64,000 nucleotides of DNA from a virus. Where the stretch lies: the IMG/VR virus record IMGVR_UViG_3300025871_000005, positions 12,445 to 76,444 of that record. The stretch is one strand, 5' to 3'. The translations under genes and the position numbers were made by a program. Of this stretch, positions 38,998 through 50,900 are shown piece by piece. The notes beneath the pieces are model-generated. The model saw only the letters and a program-made list of their open reading frames with translations, was not told where the DNA came from and searched no databases. Position 1 is the first letter of the stretch, and each line of letters starts with the position of its first letter.

Positions 38998-39322
38998 AAA
39001 TTGTCTTCAAAAGTGAGATAACTTTATCATCAAATCCACTACCAGATGTTATCCTATTCAGATCAAAATCATGATGACACCAATCAACTGATTTGTACAC
39101 TGAATGTGATACACTGATAACAACATAATGTTTATCTGTTGGCCATTCAAACATTATTTCATCATCATCAACATCAACTGTAACATGCGGGCATGGAACA
39201 TGTATTCCATTCAACATTGTGAATGCATACATTGCCTCAGGAGACTTGAGTGTTGACATAAATTTGTGCCAATCACTGTCAATATCATCACAAAATATGT
39301 TATTTATTGAACTGTTTTTCAT
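38978..39322 (-). CDS. Hypothetical protein
   Basis: 114-aa tiled ORF. Confidence 0.45.
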   Translation of the reverse strand: MKNSSINNIFCDDIDSDWHKFMSTLKSPEAMYAFTMLNGIHVPCPHVTVDVDDDEIMFEWPTDKHYVVISVSHSVYKSVDWCHHDFDLNRITSGSGFDDKVISLLKTIFDHQVV

Positions 39323-39908
39323 ATTTGCATGCTTGATAATCAGCTGTCATGATGACTTGTGAAAGTGTTGGTTCTTTCATATTGTATTTTCTGTTCTCAT
39401 CAAGAGCCCAACCATCATGAAGTTTTATTGCAAGATATTCTTCATATGACAATTCAACACCAAAAAGCTGCAACATCCACAAACTGCGATCTGGAATTGT
39501 CATGAACGGGATTGCATCATTGTATTTGTACACCATACCCTGCTTTCTGTGCCAATCACTGTCCTGTGGAAGATAGTACTCAACAAGATCACCATTTTCC
39601 ATTTTGTGGACACACTTTCCCAAATCATGAAATAGTGACGTTATCACAATTGACTGTTTATCAATTTTGTGATCAAAAGTTTTGTTTATGATGATTGCAT
39701 TACGCAAAACACGAAGACTGTGTTCAATGAGACCACCGGGAAATGCATTATGATATTCACTTTTTGATGAAGCAGGGCACAATGCTAACTGTTCTGCTAT
39801 GTGATCAACGAGATACAATATCTTTTCAGAACGATCTCCTGTATGATCTTCACAATATTTTCTGAATTGATCAAAATTTTCAGATATCTGTTCAGGGGTT
39901 AAAAACAT
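39300..39908 (-). CDS. HD-domain phosphohydrolase
   Basis: YHNAFPGGLIEHSL, LFHDLGK, IKLHDG. Confidence 0.85.
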   Translation of the reverse strand: MFLTPEQISENFDQFRKYCEDHTGDRSEKILYLVDHIAEQLALCPASSKSEYHNAFPGGLIEHSLRVLRNAIIINKTFDHKIDKQSIVITSLFHDLGKCVHKMENGDLVEYYLPQDSDWHRKQGMVYKYNDAIPFMTIPDRSLWMLQLFGVELSYEEYLAIKLHDGWALDENRKYNMKEPTLSQVIMTADYQACKYEKQFNK

Positions 39909-39916
39909 AATTTGAT

Positions 39917-39945
39917 ATTATCACCAAGTTATGTCAAATGTTCAA
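39917..39945 (-). promoter_or_regulatory. Possible sigma70-like promoter
   Basis: TTGAAC-N17-GATAAT just upstream of the HD gene. Confidence 0.3.
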
Positions 39946-40016
39946 AAATTCTATGTTTCAACCTATAATCATTGATATCAATACAATTACATTAAATCAA
40001 ATTCCAGATATTATGA

Positions 40017-40724
40017 TTACCATCGAAGAATTCGACGATTATTGGAATCATACATTTCAGGATTAATTTCATGTTTCGTTGGTGGACGAGGTATTTGAGT
40101 TGCTGTATCTCCTGCTCGAGCAATAATATTACCAATTAATCCTTTTAATTTAGCCAATTTTAGTGGCATAATATTTTCCCAAGATGTTCCATCCAACGAT
40201 CGTGTTCTTACAATTACAAGATCAGGACGTAAATAAACTGTAACATCATCTTCTTTACGTGAATCAAAATAAGTTGTTGCTTTTTTACCTACACCTGGTT
40301 TTTTTGCATCCAAAAGTGTTGCATCTTCTACTTCTGCCCATTCACTATCAGCTGCATCTCTAGCCCCATAAATTGCATTATAACGTTCCTCATCTTTTTT
40401 AGCTTTAAGTTTTTCTTTTGCTCTTGTTGCAGCTGCTTTCGTCGCAGCAGCTTTTCTATCAACTTTTTTATATGTAGATTTCTTTATTTCTCTCATTTTT
40501 GAAAGAAGAAGTGGTTTAATCTGTTTAAGAATAACATCTTCTCCTGCAGGAAAACCTTTTTCTGCCAAAAGTATAGCTAATTCATCAATTAATTTCAATG
40601 CGCGAGGATATGATTCAATGTCAAATTGTCTATCTGAATGAATTTCCAATGATTTTGTTTTTGCTTCCAACAATATTGTTTCAATAAGTGATCTCAAATC
40701 TGACAATTTCATTACATTTGACAT
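40017..40724 (-). CDS. Hypothetical protein with leader motif and atypical (TpA-rich) composition
   Basis: MKLSDLRSLIETILLEA; many TTA/CGT codons. Confidence 0.6.
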   Translation of the reverse strand: MSNVMKLSDLRSLIETILLEAKTKSLEIHSDRQFDIESYPRALKLIDELAILLAEKGFPAGEDVILKQIKPLLLSKMREIKKSTYKKVDRKAAATKAAATRAKEKLKAKKDEERYNAIYGARDAADSEWAEVEDATLLDAKKPGVGKKATTYFDSRKEDDVTVYLRPDLVIVRTRSLDGTSWENIMPLKLAKLKGLIGNIIARAGDTATQIPRPPTKHEINPEMYDSNNRRILRW

Positions 40725-40728
40725 GATA

Positions 40729-41961
40729 TTATGTATTGGAAAAATTGCTAATCTTCAATGGAAAACGTTGCACATAACCAGGAACGTGCACATTGCAATA
40801 TTTTTTCACTCTCCCTACACTGTCAGGATGCACATCAACAATCAATGCATCATGTATCAGGAATAGTGGTCGGAATTTCACTTCATCATGGTGCATTGCA
40901 TTGACAATGTTCCCAAAACCCATCAATGACACATCAGATCCGGTTGATTGGACATAATAATTCAACAGTAATCTTTCAGGATTTTCAGATTGCAATTTGA
41001 TAATTCTACCATAATGATTTTTTATGTATCCATATTCACTGAATTGTTGAACCAAACGTTTCTTGAATTCATCAATACCAAAATAGTCGTGAATTTTTCT
41101 AACAAATTTTTCCAAATTTACGCCACGTAAACCTATGACATCACCCAGTTTTTTTCTTCCAACACCATACAATTCACTGATGATTGCACCTTTCACCTGC
41201 TGTCTCGTCACGCCAGCAAATTGGACTGCAATGTCATTGTACAGATCATCATCTGCACAAGTTCTGTTACTCTCGTACAGAGCAATCCTTGCTTCCAACG
41301 CCATGAAATCAAATTGCAAAATATGACCTCCTTTCCATTGGGATGTGATCACATTTCTGTACTGTTTTGACAGTGTATGGATGTTTGGTCCTTGTGAAAC
41401 AGTCAATCTGCCTGTCACTGCTCCAAATCTGTCATAACTGATTGGCATTGCAAAACCTCCATTGACAGGCATAAATGTTGAAATGACATTCCTATTTGTC
41501 TTCTTTGAATTGGACATCGCTGCATCAAACAGCTCCTCGTCAATTGATGCAGGCTTAAGTTGTCTCAATATTGTCATTCCAGGCACCCAGGTTGACCTGT
41601 AATAATTCTCATCAATGTTTGTGATGGTTTCCTTCAATGCACTGACAACATTCTTGAGATGCAATCTGAAATCATCCTGAGGCATACATTTTGCCCATGG
41701 AATGTGTTCATCAATCTGCATAGATGTCATCAATGTTTGCATTGGTTTTGACCACTTTTCATCAGGAATGGTATTGACACCAACATGATTCAATTTCATC
41801 AATGTATCAAAGCAGTGATCACAATCAAACTTGATATCACCAGTGAAAACATATGCATCTTCAGGAATGTTGTCAGCACTGATGATCAAATTTTCATCAT
41901 CATCAATGATAATATTTTTGCCAGTTCCAAACAACTGTTTTGCAATTGCAACTTTCACCAA
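40729..41961 (-). CDS. polA: Family A DNA polymerase, polymerase domain only
   Basis: TGRL, motif A DFMALEAR, motif B RQQVKGAIISELYG, NYYVQSTGSD, motif C IHDA. Confidence 0.85.
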   Translation of the reverse strand: MVKVAIAKQLFGTGKNIIIDDDENLIISADNIPEDAYVFTGDIKFDCDHCFDTLMKLNHVGVNTIPDEKWSKPMQTLMTSMQIDEHIPWAKCMPQDDFRLHLKNVVSALKETITNIDENYYRSTWVPGMTILRQLKPASIDEELFDAAMSNSKKTNRNVISTFMPVNGGFAMPISYDRFGAVTGRLTVSQGPNIHTLSKQYRNVITSQWKGGHILQFDFMALEARIALYESNRTCADDDLYNDIAVQFAGVTRQQVKGAIISELYGVGRKKLGDVIGLRGVNLEKFVRKIHDYFGIDEFKKRLVQQFSEYGYIKNHYGRIIKLQSENPERLLLNYYVQSTGSDVSLMGFGNIVNAMHHDEVKFRPLFLIHDALIVDVHPDSVGRVKKYCNVHVPGYVQRFPLKISNFSNT

Positions 41962-41991
41962 CAGTGATTATTCAATACATTGTGAACATGT

Positions 41992-44727
41992 TCATGTTTT
42001 CTCACCATTTGAAATTGTTTCAAGATTTGCTCGAAGTCTATCAATTGTGTGTGCAACAGGATTTCTGAACCTTGCATACCCATCAGTGAAACTGAATTGC
42101 AAACTTGACTCATACTTCCCTTGCGATATTGTGTGAGTCATATTTGTCAGTATGTACAACGCATCAGCTGTTGTTCCTGTGCTGAAATCAATGAAATATT
42201 GTTGTGCCAATTTCAACAGCGGACATCCAACACTTGTCATTGACAATTTTGCAGGTATAATGCTGACTGGAAGTCCACCAATTCCACCGCCATTTGGTGA
42301 CATTCCTGTTGATTGACCATCCCTTGTCATCTTTTGCATTTGCACAGTTGCCAACAATTGATCCTGTTGAGATGAGAGTGTTGCCTCTTTTATCATTGAA
42401 CCATTTGAACCAAACAGTATTGTTGGAAACAGTGCTGAAACATTACGTTTTATGTTTTCAACTGGCAATCCATATGAATAGTCTTTTGTCAAATTGACAT
42501 CATTGAATGGATCTGATGTTCCAAGAATATAGTTTGTTCGTTCGTCCCTTGTTTCAAAACTTATGAATTGACCACGATCAAATGCAAGTGTATCCTCGAT
42601 CTCAGGTATTGGGCTCAACACTTTGTCAAAAATGTGCACTCTAACAATTGTTTTTGACACATCACTCTTTGAACCATTTATTCCCGCAACTTGTGATTGA
42701 AACTGAACCAACAAATCTGTACTGTTCCTTGCATTATCATTCTGATGCAATGTTTCAACATACATTTCAATTTCAGGTTTTTTGAATGTTTTTGAACCAT
42801 CATAACCAGCAAGTTTGTTTTCATACCCTTGCTGTTTTTTTGGATCAAGTTCGGCATCATTTGATTTTCCTGGAATGTATGGTTTGAAATATTCTCTGAA
42901 ACCATAACCAACTGATCTCATATCATTCAATTGGCTATCAACAAGCAATCTGAAAAATTCTTCATATGTCATGTACTGTGATCCATTATTGATGTATGTT
43001 TCTCTCAACTTATCAGAGAACATGTTCAAATCAATTGGAAATTCAGCAATATTTGTGTTTGCTGCGGCGCCCGCTGCGTCATTGAATTGATAAAAGAACA
43101 ATTGGAGTTCATTTATGTTGTTATCCATTTTTGTCAGCTCTGACATGAATGTTGACATAATTTTTCCAAATGATGATATTCCGCTGATCAGTTCACCATT
43201 CTTCTTGTCTGATTTTGTGTCTGCTTTCTTGATTTGTTGTGCCAAATCATTGTGTTGTTCATCAGCGCTGTTCACATACCACAAGAATGGATCATTATCA
43301 ATTTTGATCAGATCTTTAAGCTTTGTTTTTGTCTCCTCTGCTGCCTCTGTTGCAATATTCTTTTTGTAATCGTACTCTTTACTGTTTCCAGTTTTATGAT
43401 AGTAATCATTCAGCAGTTCAATCAGTTCATTCTTTTTCTCTCTACTGATTATACCTGTTTTGCTGAGAGACTTATCAAATTCCTTGATTGTTGATCTGAT
43501 CTTATCATAATCAAGATCTGGGTATGTCATATTTGATGCTGCATCAAGCAGTTGGATTGGGCGCAATTCTTTCAATTGTTCATTTCTTTCAGAAAGTTTG
43601 CTATTTGATTCAATGATTGTTGCTATCTTTGATGACAATTCTTTCATCTTGTTGAAGGCATTCAATTTCTTACCTTCATTCATATTCCTAAGTCTCAAAT
43701 TGTGAATGCATTCAGTGTGCAAATTTAACGTTATGTTAACTTTTCCATCACCGCTGAATTGATATTGAGAGTTGTGCACCCTGTATGCTTCTCTTGTCAA
43801 CATTGTTGAATTGATGAATTGCTCATAAGTTTGCACATTGACATCATATCTTTGTGGTAATCTCCAACCATATGTTATCCAGAATGTTGGTGCATACTTT
43901 GATTGCTGATACAATTCAGGTTTCAAAAATTCAGCAATTTCATGCAATCTTGTCCTGTCATGAAGAACAATCTTCATATCAGCCTTTTTGTATGTGTACA
44001 TACCAACTGTTGGCGTTTCAGTTACTGTGAAACTTTCAAATGTTAGCAGTGGTCTAAATGGATCAAGTGATGTTCTTCTGTCAAGATTTTGTAATGTTTG
44101 TGGCGCAGTGAACATTTCCATTCCTTGCGTTAAACCAACTTGATCTGATATCATATCTGGTTGTGTCTTCTCTGCTCCCAACAGAAATCTGAACAAACCT
44201 GGTGGTCTCAATTTTCCATACTGTTCATTTCCGTCGCCTTCAGACGTTGCTATATCCTGAAACACAATTTGTGCATCAAAATAGAGTTGCAATTCACTTG
44301 CGACAACTGTTGGTATAAAGTTGAGAAATGTTTCAACCTTTGTTGTGTTCCTAACTGCAGGACTTATAAATGGTGTTCTGCTGAGAACACAAAGCTTCAA
44401 TTTGTTATTTTCATCCGGCTTCACAATGTTGTTGAATTTGAACTTTGAATTCTTTCCACTCTTTTGTTGACAATCTGGATTGAAATCTTCTGCTGTGTCA
44501 GCATACACTGTCATCAAATCACTGAAATCATAATCTGAATTTCCTGACTTCAGAGCATTCAATGAATTGATGAAACCATTTGAACTGTAAGCACCAGTTC
44601 CTCCATACAAAATATCAAGCAATTTTTCTGTCAAAATGGGAGATTTTTTCAGTTTATTTGCAACAAGAACCCCAGCAGGTGTGAGCATTCTGTTGATATC
44701 TTCAATTTTCAGCAAATCATTTGCCAT
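41992..44727 (-). CDS. Large tail/baseplate hub-like protein
   Basis: Position after the LysM gene; C-terminal hub-type signature IIPAKLSMTSVGCPLLKLAQQYFIDF...YILTNMTHTISQG. Confidence 0.5.
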   Translation of the reverse strand: MANDLLKIEDINRMLTPAGVLVANKLKKSPILTEKLLDILYGGTGAYSSNGFINSLNALKSGNSDYDFSDLMTVYADTAEDFNPDCQQKSGKNSKFKFNNIVKPDENNKLKLCVLSRTPFISPAVRNTTKVETFLNFIPTVVASELQLYFDAQIVFQDIATSEGDGNEQYGKLRPPGLFRFLLGAEKTQPDMISDQVGLTQGMEMFTAPQTLQNLDRRTSLDPFRPLLTFESFTVTETPTVGMYTYKKADMKIVLHDRTRLHEIAEFLKPELYQQSKYAPTFWITYGWRLPQRYDVNVQTYEQFINSTMLTREAYRVHNSQYQFSGDGKVNITLNLHTECIHNLRLRNMNEGKKLNAFNKMKELSSKIATIIESNSKLSERNEQLKELRPIQLLDAASNMTYPDLDYDKIRSTIKEFDKSLSKTGIISREKKNELIELLNDYYHKTGNSKEYDYKKNIATEAAEETKTKLKDLIKIDNDPFLWYVNSADEQHNDLAQQIKKADTKSDKKNGELISGISSFGKIMSTFMSELTKMDNNINELQLFFYQFNDAAGAAANTNIAEFPIDLNMFSDKLRETYINNGSQYMTYEEFFRLLVDSQLNDMRSVGYGFREYFKPYIPGKSNDAELDPKKQQGYENKLAGYDGSKTFKKPEIEMYVETLHQNDNARNSTDLLVQFQSQVAGINGSKSDVSKTIVRVHIFDKVLSPIPEIEDTLAFDRGQFISFETRDERTNYILGTSDPFNDVNLTKDYSYGLPVENIKRNVSALFPTILFGSNGSMIKEATLSSQQDQLLATVQMQKMTRDGQSTGMSPNGGGIGGLPVSIIPAKLSMTSVGCPLLKLAQQYFIDFSTGTTADALYILTNMTHTISQGKYESSLQFSFTDGYARFRNPVAHTIDRLRANLETISNGEKT

Positions 44728-44730
44728 ACA

Positions 44731-45018
44731 TCAACCAATATATTTCTGAACGTCTTGTAACGCAGGAATGTTCAAAATTGTGCCCGGGGGTGCCTGAAGA
44801 CCCCAACCAATGTTGCTAGCGATTGCAATCAACCACCATAACGAAGCATCATTGTAGAGTTCACCTGCCAATGAATCCAATCTTTGTCCTTCTTTCAGAA
44901 TGTATTCGACAGTTTTTATATTTCCATTCTTGATTTCATTCCTAACTGTTCTGTTGATTGTTGTTGTTCCATATTGAATACCAAGATTGATTAAAGGTGT
45001 TGATGAATATCTGTTCAT
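44731..45018 (-). CDS. LysM/tail-X-type baseplate protein
   Basis: RLDSLAGELYND..LWWLIAIAS..PGTILNIP. Confidence 0.8.
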   Translation of the reverse strand: MNRYSSTPLINLGIQYGTTTINRTVRNEIKNGNIKTVEYILKEGQRLDSLAGELYNDASLWWLIAIASNIGWGLQAPPGTILNIPALQDVQKYIG

Positions 45019-47906
45019 TTTTTATTCCTTCCCATCATTGCATACCCAATTGGATACACAGGAGCTCTATTATATCCAAGATGATCAATGCCAGGTGAAA
45101 TATCGTGTACTGGGGCAAATTTCATTGTTATGTTGACACCCTTTGGTGCAACATATCCTTGTTGTGTTTCCCAAGTGTACCCACCCTGTTCGAGTAATGT
45201 CATTGATAAACTCTCGATGAAACCAGCCAATCCTTTACCTTTTGTTGTTTCAAATGATTTGACTATGCAATTGTTCTCAGATGACATAAAATTTTCAAGT
45301 GTTGTTGTGTTGTCAACATTTGATTTCACGGTGAACCTAACAACTCTATTCAGCTGATTGATTGGAATTGTATAATTCAAATCAATGTAATCAGAATATT
45401 TGTTCATCAAATAGCTCTCTATGCCATCATTGACATCACCAATGATTTCAGGTTTTGCAATGACAGTTGCAGAATTCAGATCAACAGATTGGACAGTGAA
45501 CACAAAATATTGCAAATCATTCATCAAAATATTCATTCTCTCAGGAGTTCTGTTACCTGAAGAGATTGTGATGCCACTGCTCTTTTTACTCACAGCATGA
45601 CCAGATGTTGACACTGAATATTTTTCTCCTTCAACAACATTGAATCCACCAGTTCGTTGAACATCGATGTCAGTTTCAAATGTCAATGTACGTTCACCAT
45701 TGAACCTAACGCCTTCAGGATCTCCTGCGCCAAACAGTCTTGCTAACGCAAATTTTGAATAGTTTGATCTGATAACATCACCAATTCTCATTCTAACCAT
45801 TGGTGAAGCACCTGGGAGCTGACTGAAAGGTATTGTGAAATTTCTGTTTCCATTCTCGTCATATACGCTTCTGCCCTGAGTATATTGTGGATATAACAGT
45901 GTTATGAGTTTGTTTATTCTTGTCCACATATCATCAAAATCATCCTCATTTGTTGCAACAATTTTGAATGATAAATCAATTGATCTGTTTGTCTTTTTGT
46001 AATGTTGAATTGTGTCAACTCTTCCAATCCCATCAATCTTATCATAGTCTGCATTGAACGCATCAGATAGATTTGTTAAAAATGCATGAAACTGTATAAT
46101 TTCATTCGTTCTCAAATCATGAAAATAGAACGGAACATACTCTGCGTCCAGATCATTTTCAATCTTTTCAACAATTGATTGATCAATTCTTCCATTCACG
46201 CCATAATCAAAATTTCTGTCTGCATCAACATATGGATTGATTGGATTACTCAAAGCTTCCGGACCAAGAAATGGCTCAAAATTTTGTGAAACATGTGCCA
46301 AATTTCTTATTGATTTTGGTACAATGTACATTGCTTTTGCAGTTGATGTTCCCCATGCTGATCTCAAACTGTCATTCAATCTGTTCTTGATAACTGAAGC
46401 TCTTGGTGTTGCATCATCATAGGTATCAATTGTTGAAACATATTTCAGTTCTGTTCCATCAGGCAATTGTCTTGTGACAGTTTCCTTTTCATCAATTCCC
46501 AATACAATGTCGCCAACAGATGCAAATGTATTCATTGCTGCTATCATTTTTGAATTTTTGATGAAATTTGCAATCTCAAAAACATCCTTTATGCCGGAAA
46601 CTATATTGCTTGAATTGAAATTCTTCAGTTTGTCAACAAACTGAAGCGCTGATCTGTTTATTGCCCTTGACACAATAACATTGTATTGTGGGCTGTCTGA
46701 CAACAAACCACTCAGATCACCACCAAAAAATTCTTCAACACCTCTCCTAACACATTTTTGGTATTGTCTCGTTGTTGGTTTTATTCCAAACACAGAACTC
46801 ATGTCTGGTGGTAGACCAAATAGTGGTTTATTTGGACTGCTTCCTGCTGACAATGTTGATCTTCCAGGAATGTACGTTCCATCCTTCATCTTTCCTGAAC
46901 CCAAGCCTTCAGTTGGTATAAAAATTGACAAGAGCTCAAATGACACAATCACTGCTGCTGTCAATGCAATTGACAATGGGAGCATTCCAATTGCATCAGG
47001 TCCCGTGTATGGATCATGAACATTGTTGAGTGCGCCCCAAGAAGTCTGATTATTTGTTGAATAGTTTTCATCACTCAACTTATCATCTGTCAGATCATTG
47101 AATGCATTCAGTGCATTGAGAACATCAGGTTCAACTCTCATCAAACCAAGCTGAACTGCAGATGGTAATAGAGCCGATGCCTCCTGTCCACCAGATGTTG
47201 GATTGACACCAGAATTGGTTGATCCAAGCTCACCAGATGCCCTCAGAGACAACAGATTACCAAGCTGAGCCAATTTACCATAGTTCAAATTCTGAATTTT
47301 CTGATGATGAACTGTGACATCATTTGTTGGCACAATGTCAGGATTTGTACCATTGTAGTCAATTGCAGCAGTTTCTCTACCGGTTGAACCAATGCTGAAA
47401 CGATTATTCTGTATGAGTGATTTTAAGTGTTGTTTTGTTTCAGCTTCACGTTGTATCAGTCTATCAACTCTGTTTGGTAACCAAACACCTGTTCTGTTTT
47501 GGTTATTTTCAACCGGTGAAATTGTTGGCACAACCTTGTCTGACGCTTTCATGTCAGTGCCAGCAAATATCAATTTTTGTTCATCAACAGTCGTTTCACT
47601 GTATTCTCTGTCATCATACTTTTTCTGCTGCTCACCATCATCTGCAATTGGGATTGTGTTTGCATGCACATCATTGTTGCCAGTTGGTGTTTTTGGTTGT
47701 GATGTTAAACTTGACAGATAACTTCTGAGTGTTCTTTTAACATTTGTTGACAGGTCTTTCTGTTCACCCTGTTTGCTGACTGAACCAACATCAGGTTTCA
47801 ATCCTTCAGATGCACTCTTTTCATTTTGCAAAACTGGATCAAATGAAACCAATGTTCCATCGACAACAGTACCACCCATGCCAGTTTTTATGTCAGCCAT
47901 AATCAA
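45015..47906 (-). CDS. Large tail tube-initiator/baseplate protein
   Basis: Follows the tape measure; FYFHDLRTNEIIQFHAFL...IGRVD...RSIDLSF...SPMVRMRIGD. Confidence 0.5.
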   Translation of the reverse strand: MIMADIKTGMGGTVVDGTLVSFDPVLQNEKSASEGLKPDVGSVSKQGEQKDLSTNVKRTLRSYLSSLTSQPKTPTGNNDVHANTIPIADDGEQQKKYDDREYSETTVDEQKLIFAGTDMKASDKVVPTISPVENNQNRTGVWLPNRVDRLIQREAETKQHLKSLIQNNRFSIGSTGRETAAIDYNGTNPDIVPTNDVTVHHQKIQNLNYGKLAQLGNLLSLRASGELGSTNSGVNPTSGGQEASALLPSAVQLGLMRVEPDVLNALNAFNDLTDDKLSDENYSTNNQTSWGALNNVHDPYTGPDAIGMLPLSIALTAAVIVSFELLSIFIPTEGLGSGKMKDGTYIPGRSTLSAGSSPNKPLFGLPPDMSSVFGIKPTTRQYQKCVRRGVEEFFGGDLSGLLSDSPQYNVIVSRAINRSALQFVDKLKNFNSSNIVSGIKDVFEIANFIKNSKMIAAMNTFASVGDIVLGIDEKETVTRQLPDGTELKYVSTIDTYDDATPRASVIKNRLNDSLRSAWGTSTAKAMYIVPKSIRNLAHVSQNFEPFLGPEALSNPINPYVDADRNFDYGVNGRIDQSIVEKIENDLDAEYVPFYFHDLRTNEIIQFHAFLTNLSDAFNADYDKIDGIGRVDTIQHYKKTNRSIDLSFKIVATNEDDFDDMWTRINKLITLLYPQYTQGRSVYDENGNRNFTIPFSQLPGASPMVRMRIGDVIRSNYSKFALARLFGAGDPEGVRFNGERTLTFETDIDVQRTGGFNVVEGEKYSVSTSGHAVSKKSSGITISSGNRTPERMNILMNDLQYFVFTVQSVDLNSATVIAKPEIIGDVNDGIESYLMNKYSDYIDLNYTIPINQLNRVVRFTVKSNVDNTTTLENFMSSENNCIVKSFETTKGKGLAGFIESLSMTLLEQGGYTWETQQGYVAPKGVNITMKFAPVHDISPGIDHLGYNRAPVYPIGYAMMGRNKK

Positions 47907-47921
47907 ATGCTAAATATCATT

Positions 47922-50900
47922 TTATGGAGTTATTGGTCCGGTCTGATAAGCAGTTTGATAATCATTCAAATTTTCAGGCAATCTTTGTGTTGGTGAAACC
48001 GGTTGCTCTGCAGCAAAATTTAATCTATCCCTTATGATAGATTGCTTGTTCTCAAGTATAACCTTCTCAACTTCATCAGTTTTCATTGTGACCGTCAGAT
48101 TGACTGTCAACTGAGCTCTGCCCTCTGCGATCTGGAATTCGTACTTTTTTCCTTTGATACCAATTCCTTCAGCAATTTTCTTCAGTTTTGTGTCAACTGA
48201 CACATTTTCACCATCAAACATTTTTGACACTCTGCTGATTGCATCGACTGTCTTTTGCAAACCATCAAGTGCTGGTATGAGACCTGAACTCTTAATGTTG
48301 TTTGCACCTGTGACAACATCCTTCATCAGATTGTTTGTCCCATACTCAGCTGAACCCAATCTTCTCCCAAAGTGTGCTATGTTTGCGAGACTGATCATCA
48401 TTGTTTCAATCTGCGTTTGAACATTCTGACCCCCAGTTGTCGGCATACCTTTCAAAACATTTATGACGTCAGTTATTGGTTTGATTGAGTTCATTACATT
48501 TGTGAACATTTGTATGTTTTGAGGTGTGATTGTTCCAAAATCACCTGTTGTAATCTGATTGATCTGTTGTTTAATGCTCATGAACATATCACCAAACCCA
48601 GAGCCAAATGTTTTCAGGACTGTGTCTATGTTTGAAACATTTGCCAATATCTCTGTTGGACCTTTGCCAGATGATTGAACAGTTATTTCATTGGGTTTGA
48701 TTGCATTGATGAGATCAGTTGCAGACTTGAGAACCTTACCAATCATATCAATCTTTTGCATTGAATTCACATCAAGTTTAACACCTTGGATTGAACCCAA
48801 AACTCCATTGATCAATTCCGGTATCCCACTCCTGAATACGCCAAGAACACTTGTCAACATACTTTCATATGTTTTTGGATCAAACTTTGCAAGATGTTTT
48901 TCAACCATCTTTCCCTTCTCACCAACAGTTTCAGTTGTTATCAGTTGACTGATGAGTTGATCTGAAGGTTTGAGTGAAGTTATAAGATTTACAACTGAAT
49001 TGAAGATGCCAGAGATTGAATTGAACATTTCAGGTTTAATGCCAGATGACTGTGCAATTGCAGCATTGTTCATCAATGTGTTGATTATTCCTCTTGATGC
49101 TTCAGCCAACTGTTCAATCTGTTGTGATTGTGCCCTGATGTAGTCAGAGATTGCATTGCTCTGTGTTTTGTTTGTTCTGTTTGTGAACTCAATTTCTCTG
49201 ACAGCTTTGAAGAATTCATCTGATGGTTTGAGTGCTACAACCATCTGTGTAACACTATTGAATATTGATGCAGCACTGGTTACGGCACTCTCAATTGCAC
49301 CACCAACAGATATCTGTCTCAATGATGTGATGAGTGTTTTCACTATGCCAATTATTCCGGAATTGTCATCACCAATGTATGCTTCGATGAACTTCTTTGC
49401 TTGAGAAACCTTCTCAACATAGTTTGTTCCTGTTATCCAATCTGTGAATGAAACATTCAGAGCGCCGAGAATGCTTCCCATCTCTTTTGACAGGTTGACA
49501 ATTGAATTCATCAAGTTGATGAATATGTTTGTCTTTGATTCAAATTCTGGTCCTGCTGGGATTTTATCGATCTGCGCAAGTGTCAGTGCAGCAAAGCCGC
49601 TGATAGCCAACACAACTGCACCAATTGCCGCCAAACCTGCTGCACCAAATGTCAAACCAACAGGATTTGTGACAATTGCACCCAAGGCAATTGCTTCAAG
49701 AGCAATCAATCCTGCCCCTGCAATGACACCAGTCATTGATATCATGTATTTGCCAATTGCACTCAATTTTGCAGGATCAGCACCCTTGAACATCAGGTAA
49801 GTTAACCCTGCAATTGCTGTCACAAGGAGTGCAACTGCGCCAACAACAAGAGCACCCTTTGCTATCATACCAATGTTCATCTTGCCCATTTCAGATCCTG
49901 CAGCACCCAAATCTTTTGTGCTTGCAGCTGCATTTGCAACTTCACCTATCCCCTTTGATGATCCAGATGGAATTTTTACATTCTTCACCTTCTCAAAGAG
50001 TTGACCCATTATCCCCTTTGCACCCATCATTGCAGCGGCTGCAGTTGTAAGTGCACCTGAAACAATTCCTGACGTTGCAGACGTAACAATGTTTGCAACA
50101 ATTTTGAGCAATATTGTTGAGCCAAGAGCCTTGAAAACAAAATCAAATGATCCGCCTTCAATCCTTTTTGTCACACCCATAATGAGTGTTTGAATGATAT
50201 TCATCAGTGGAGGAAGCAATTTATCCCATGCATATTTTCCAATATCAATTGCTGGTTTTATGACATTATCAAATACCCAACTACCAAATTTGCTTATGCC
50301 ACCCGCAGCAGGTGTTGTCAGCTGTTTTGGATTTGTCAGATACCAAGCAATCAATTTCAAACCTTCAGAGGTCTGATCAATTGCCCATTTCATTCCCTCT
50401 TTTGCAATCTTAACAAAATTTTTCCAAAATCTGTTTGCGCTCTCAAGAACTTTCATTCCTGTTGATCCCTCAAGAGACATGAATGATCTGAATTTTGACA
50501 TTATGTTGTGCAATGCCTGAACAATTGTGACATCACCATTTGCAAGTGCATGAATTGTTCCTGACAATTCTGAACGCATATACGCAAAGAAGCCAACAAT
50601 ACGTTTTGGACTGAACATCTCAGCAAGATTTTTCAAAAAGTCATGAACGCCAGGAAAAAATCTTGTGAATTCTCTTCCCAATTTGATGCCTTCCATGAAT
50701 GTCAATCTGAGTGACCACCTGATGTTTCTCATCAGGACAGCAAATTCTCTTGTTGACACTATGCCAACTTTGAAACCCCTGAAGAATTGTTGAAAGAATG
50801 AAGCAGGACCCATGTCACCGCCAGATTTGACCAATCTCTCAATTGACGCAGCAAGATTTTGCATTGCTTCAGTTTGCGTCATTGTCTTCTTTTCTGAACC

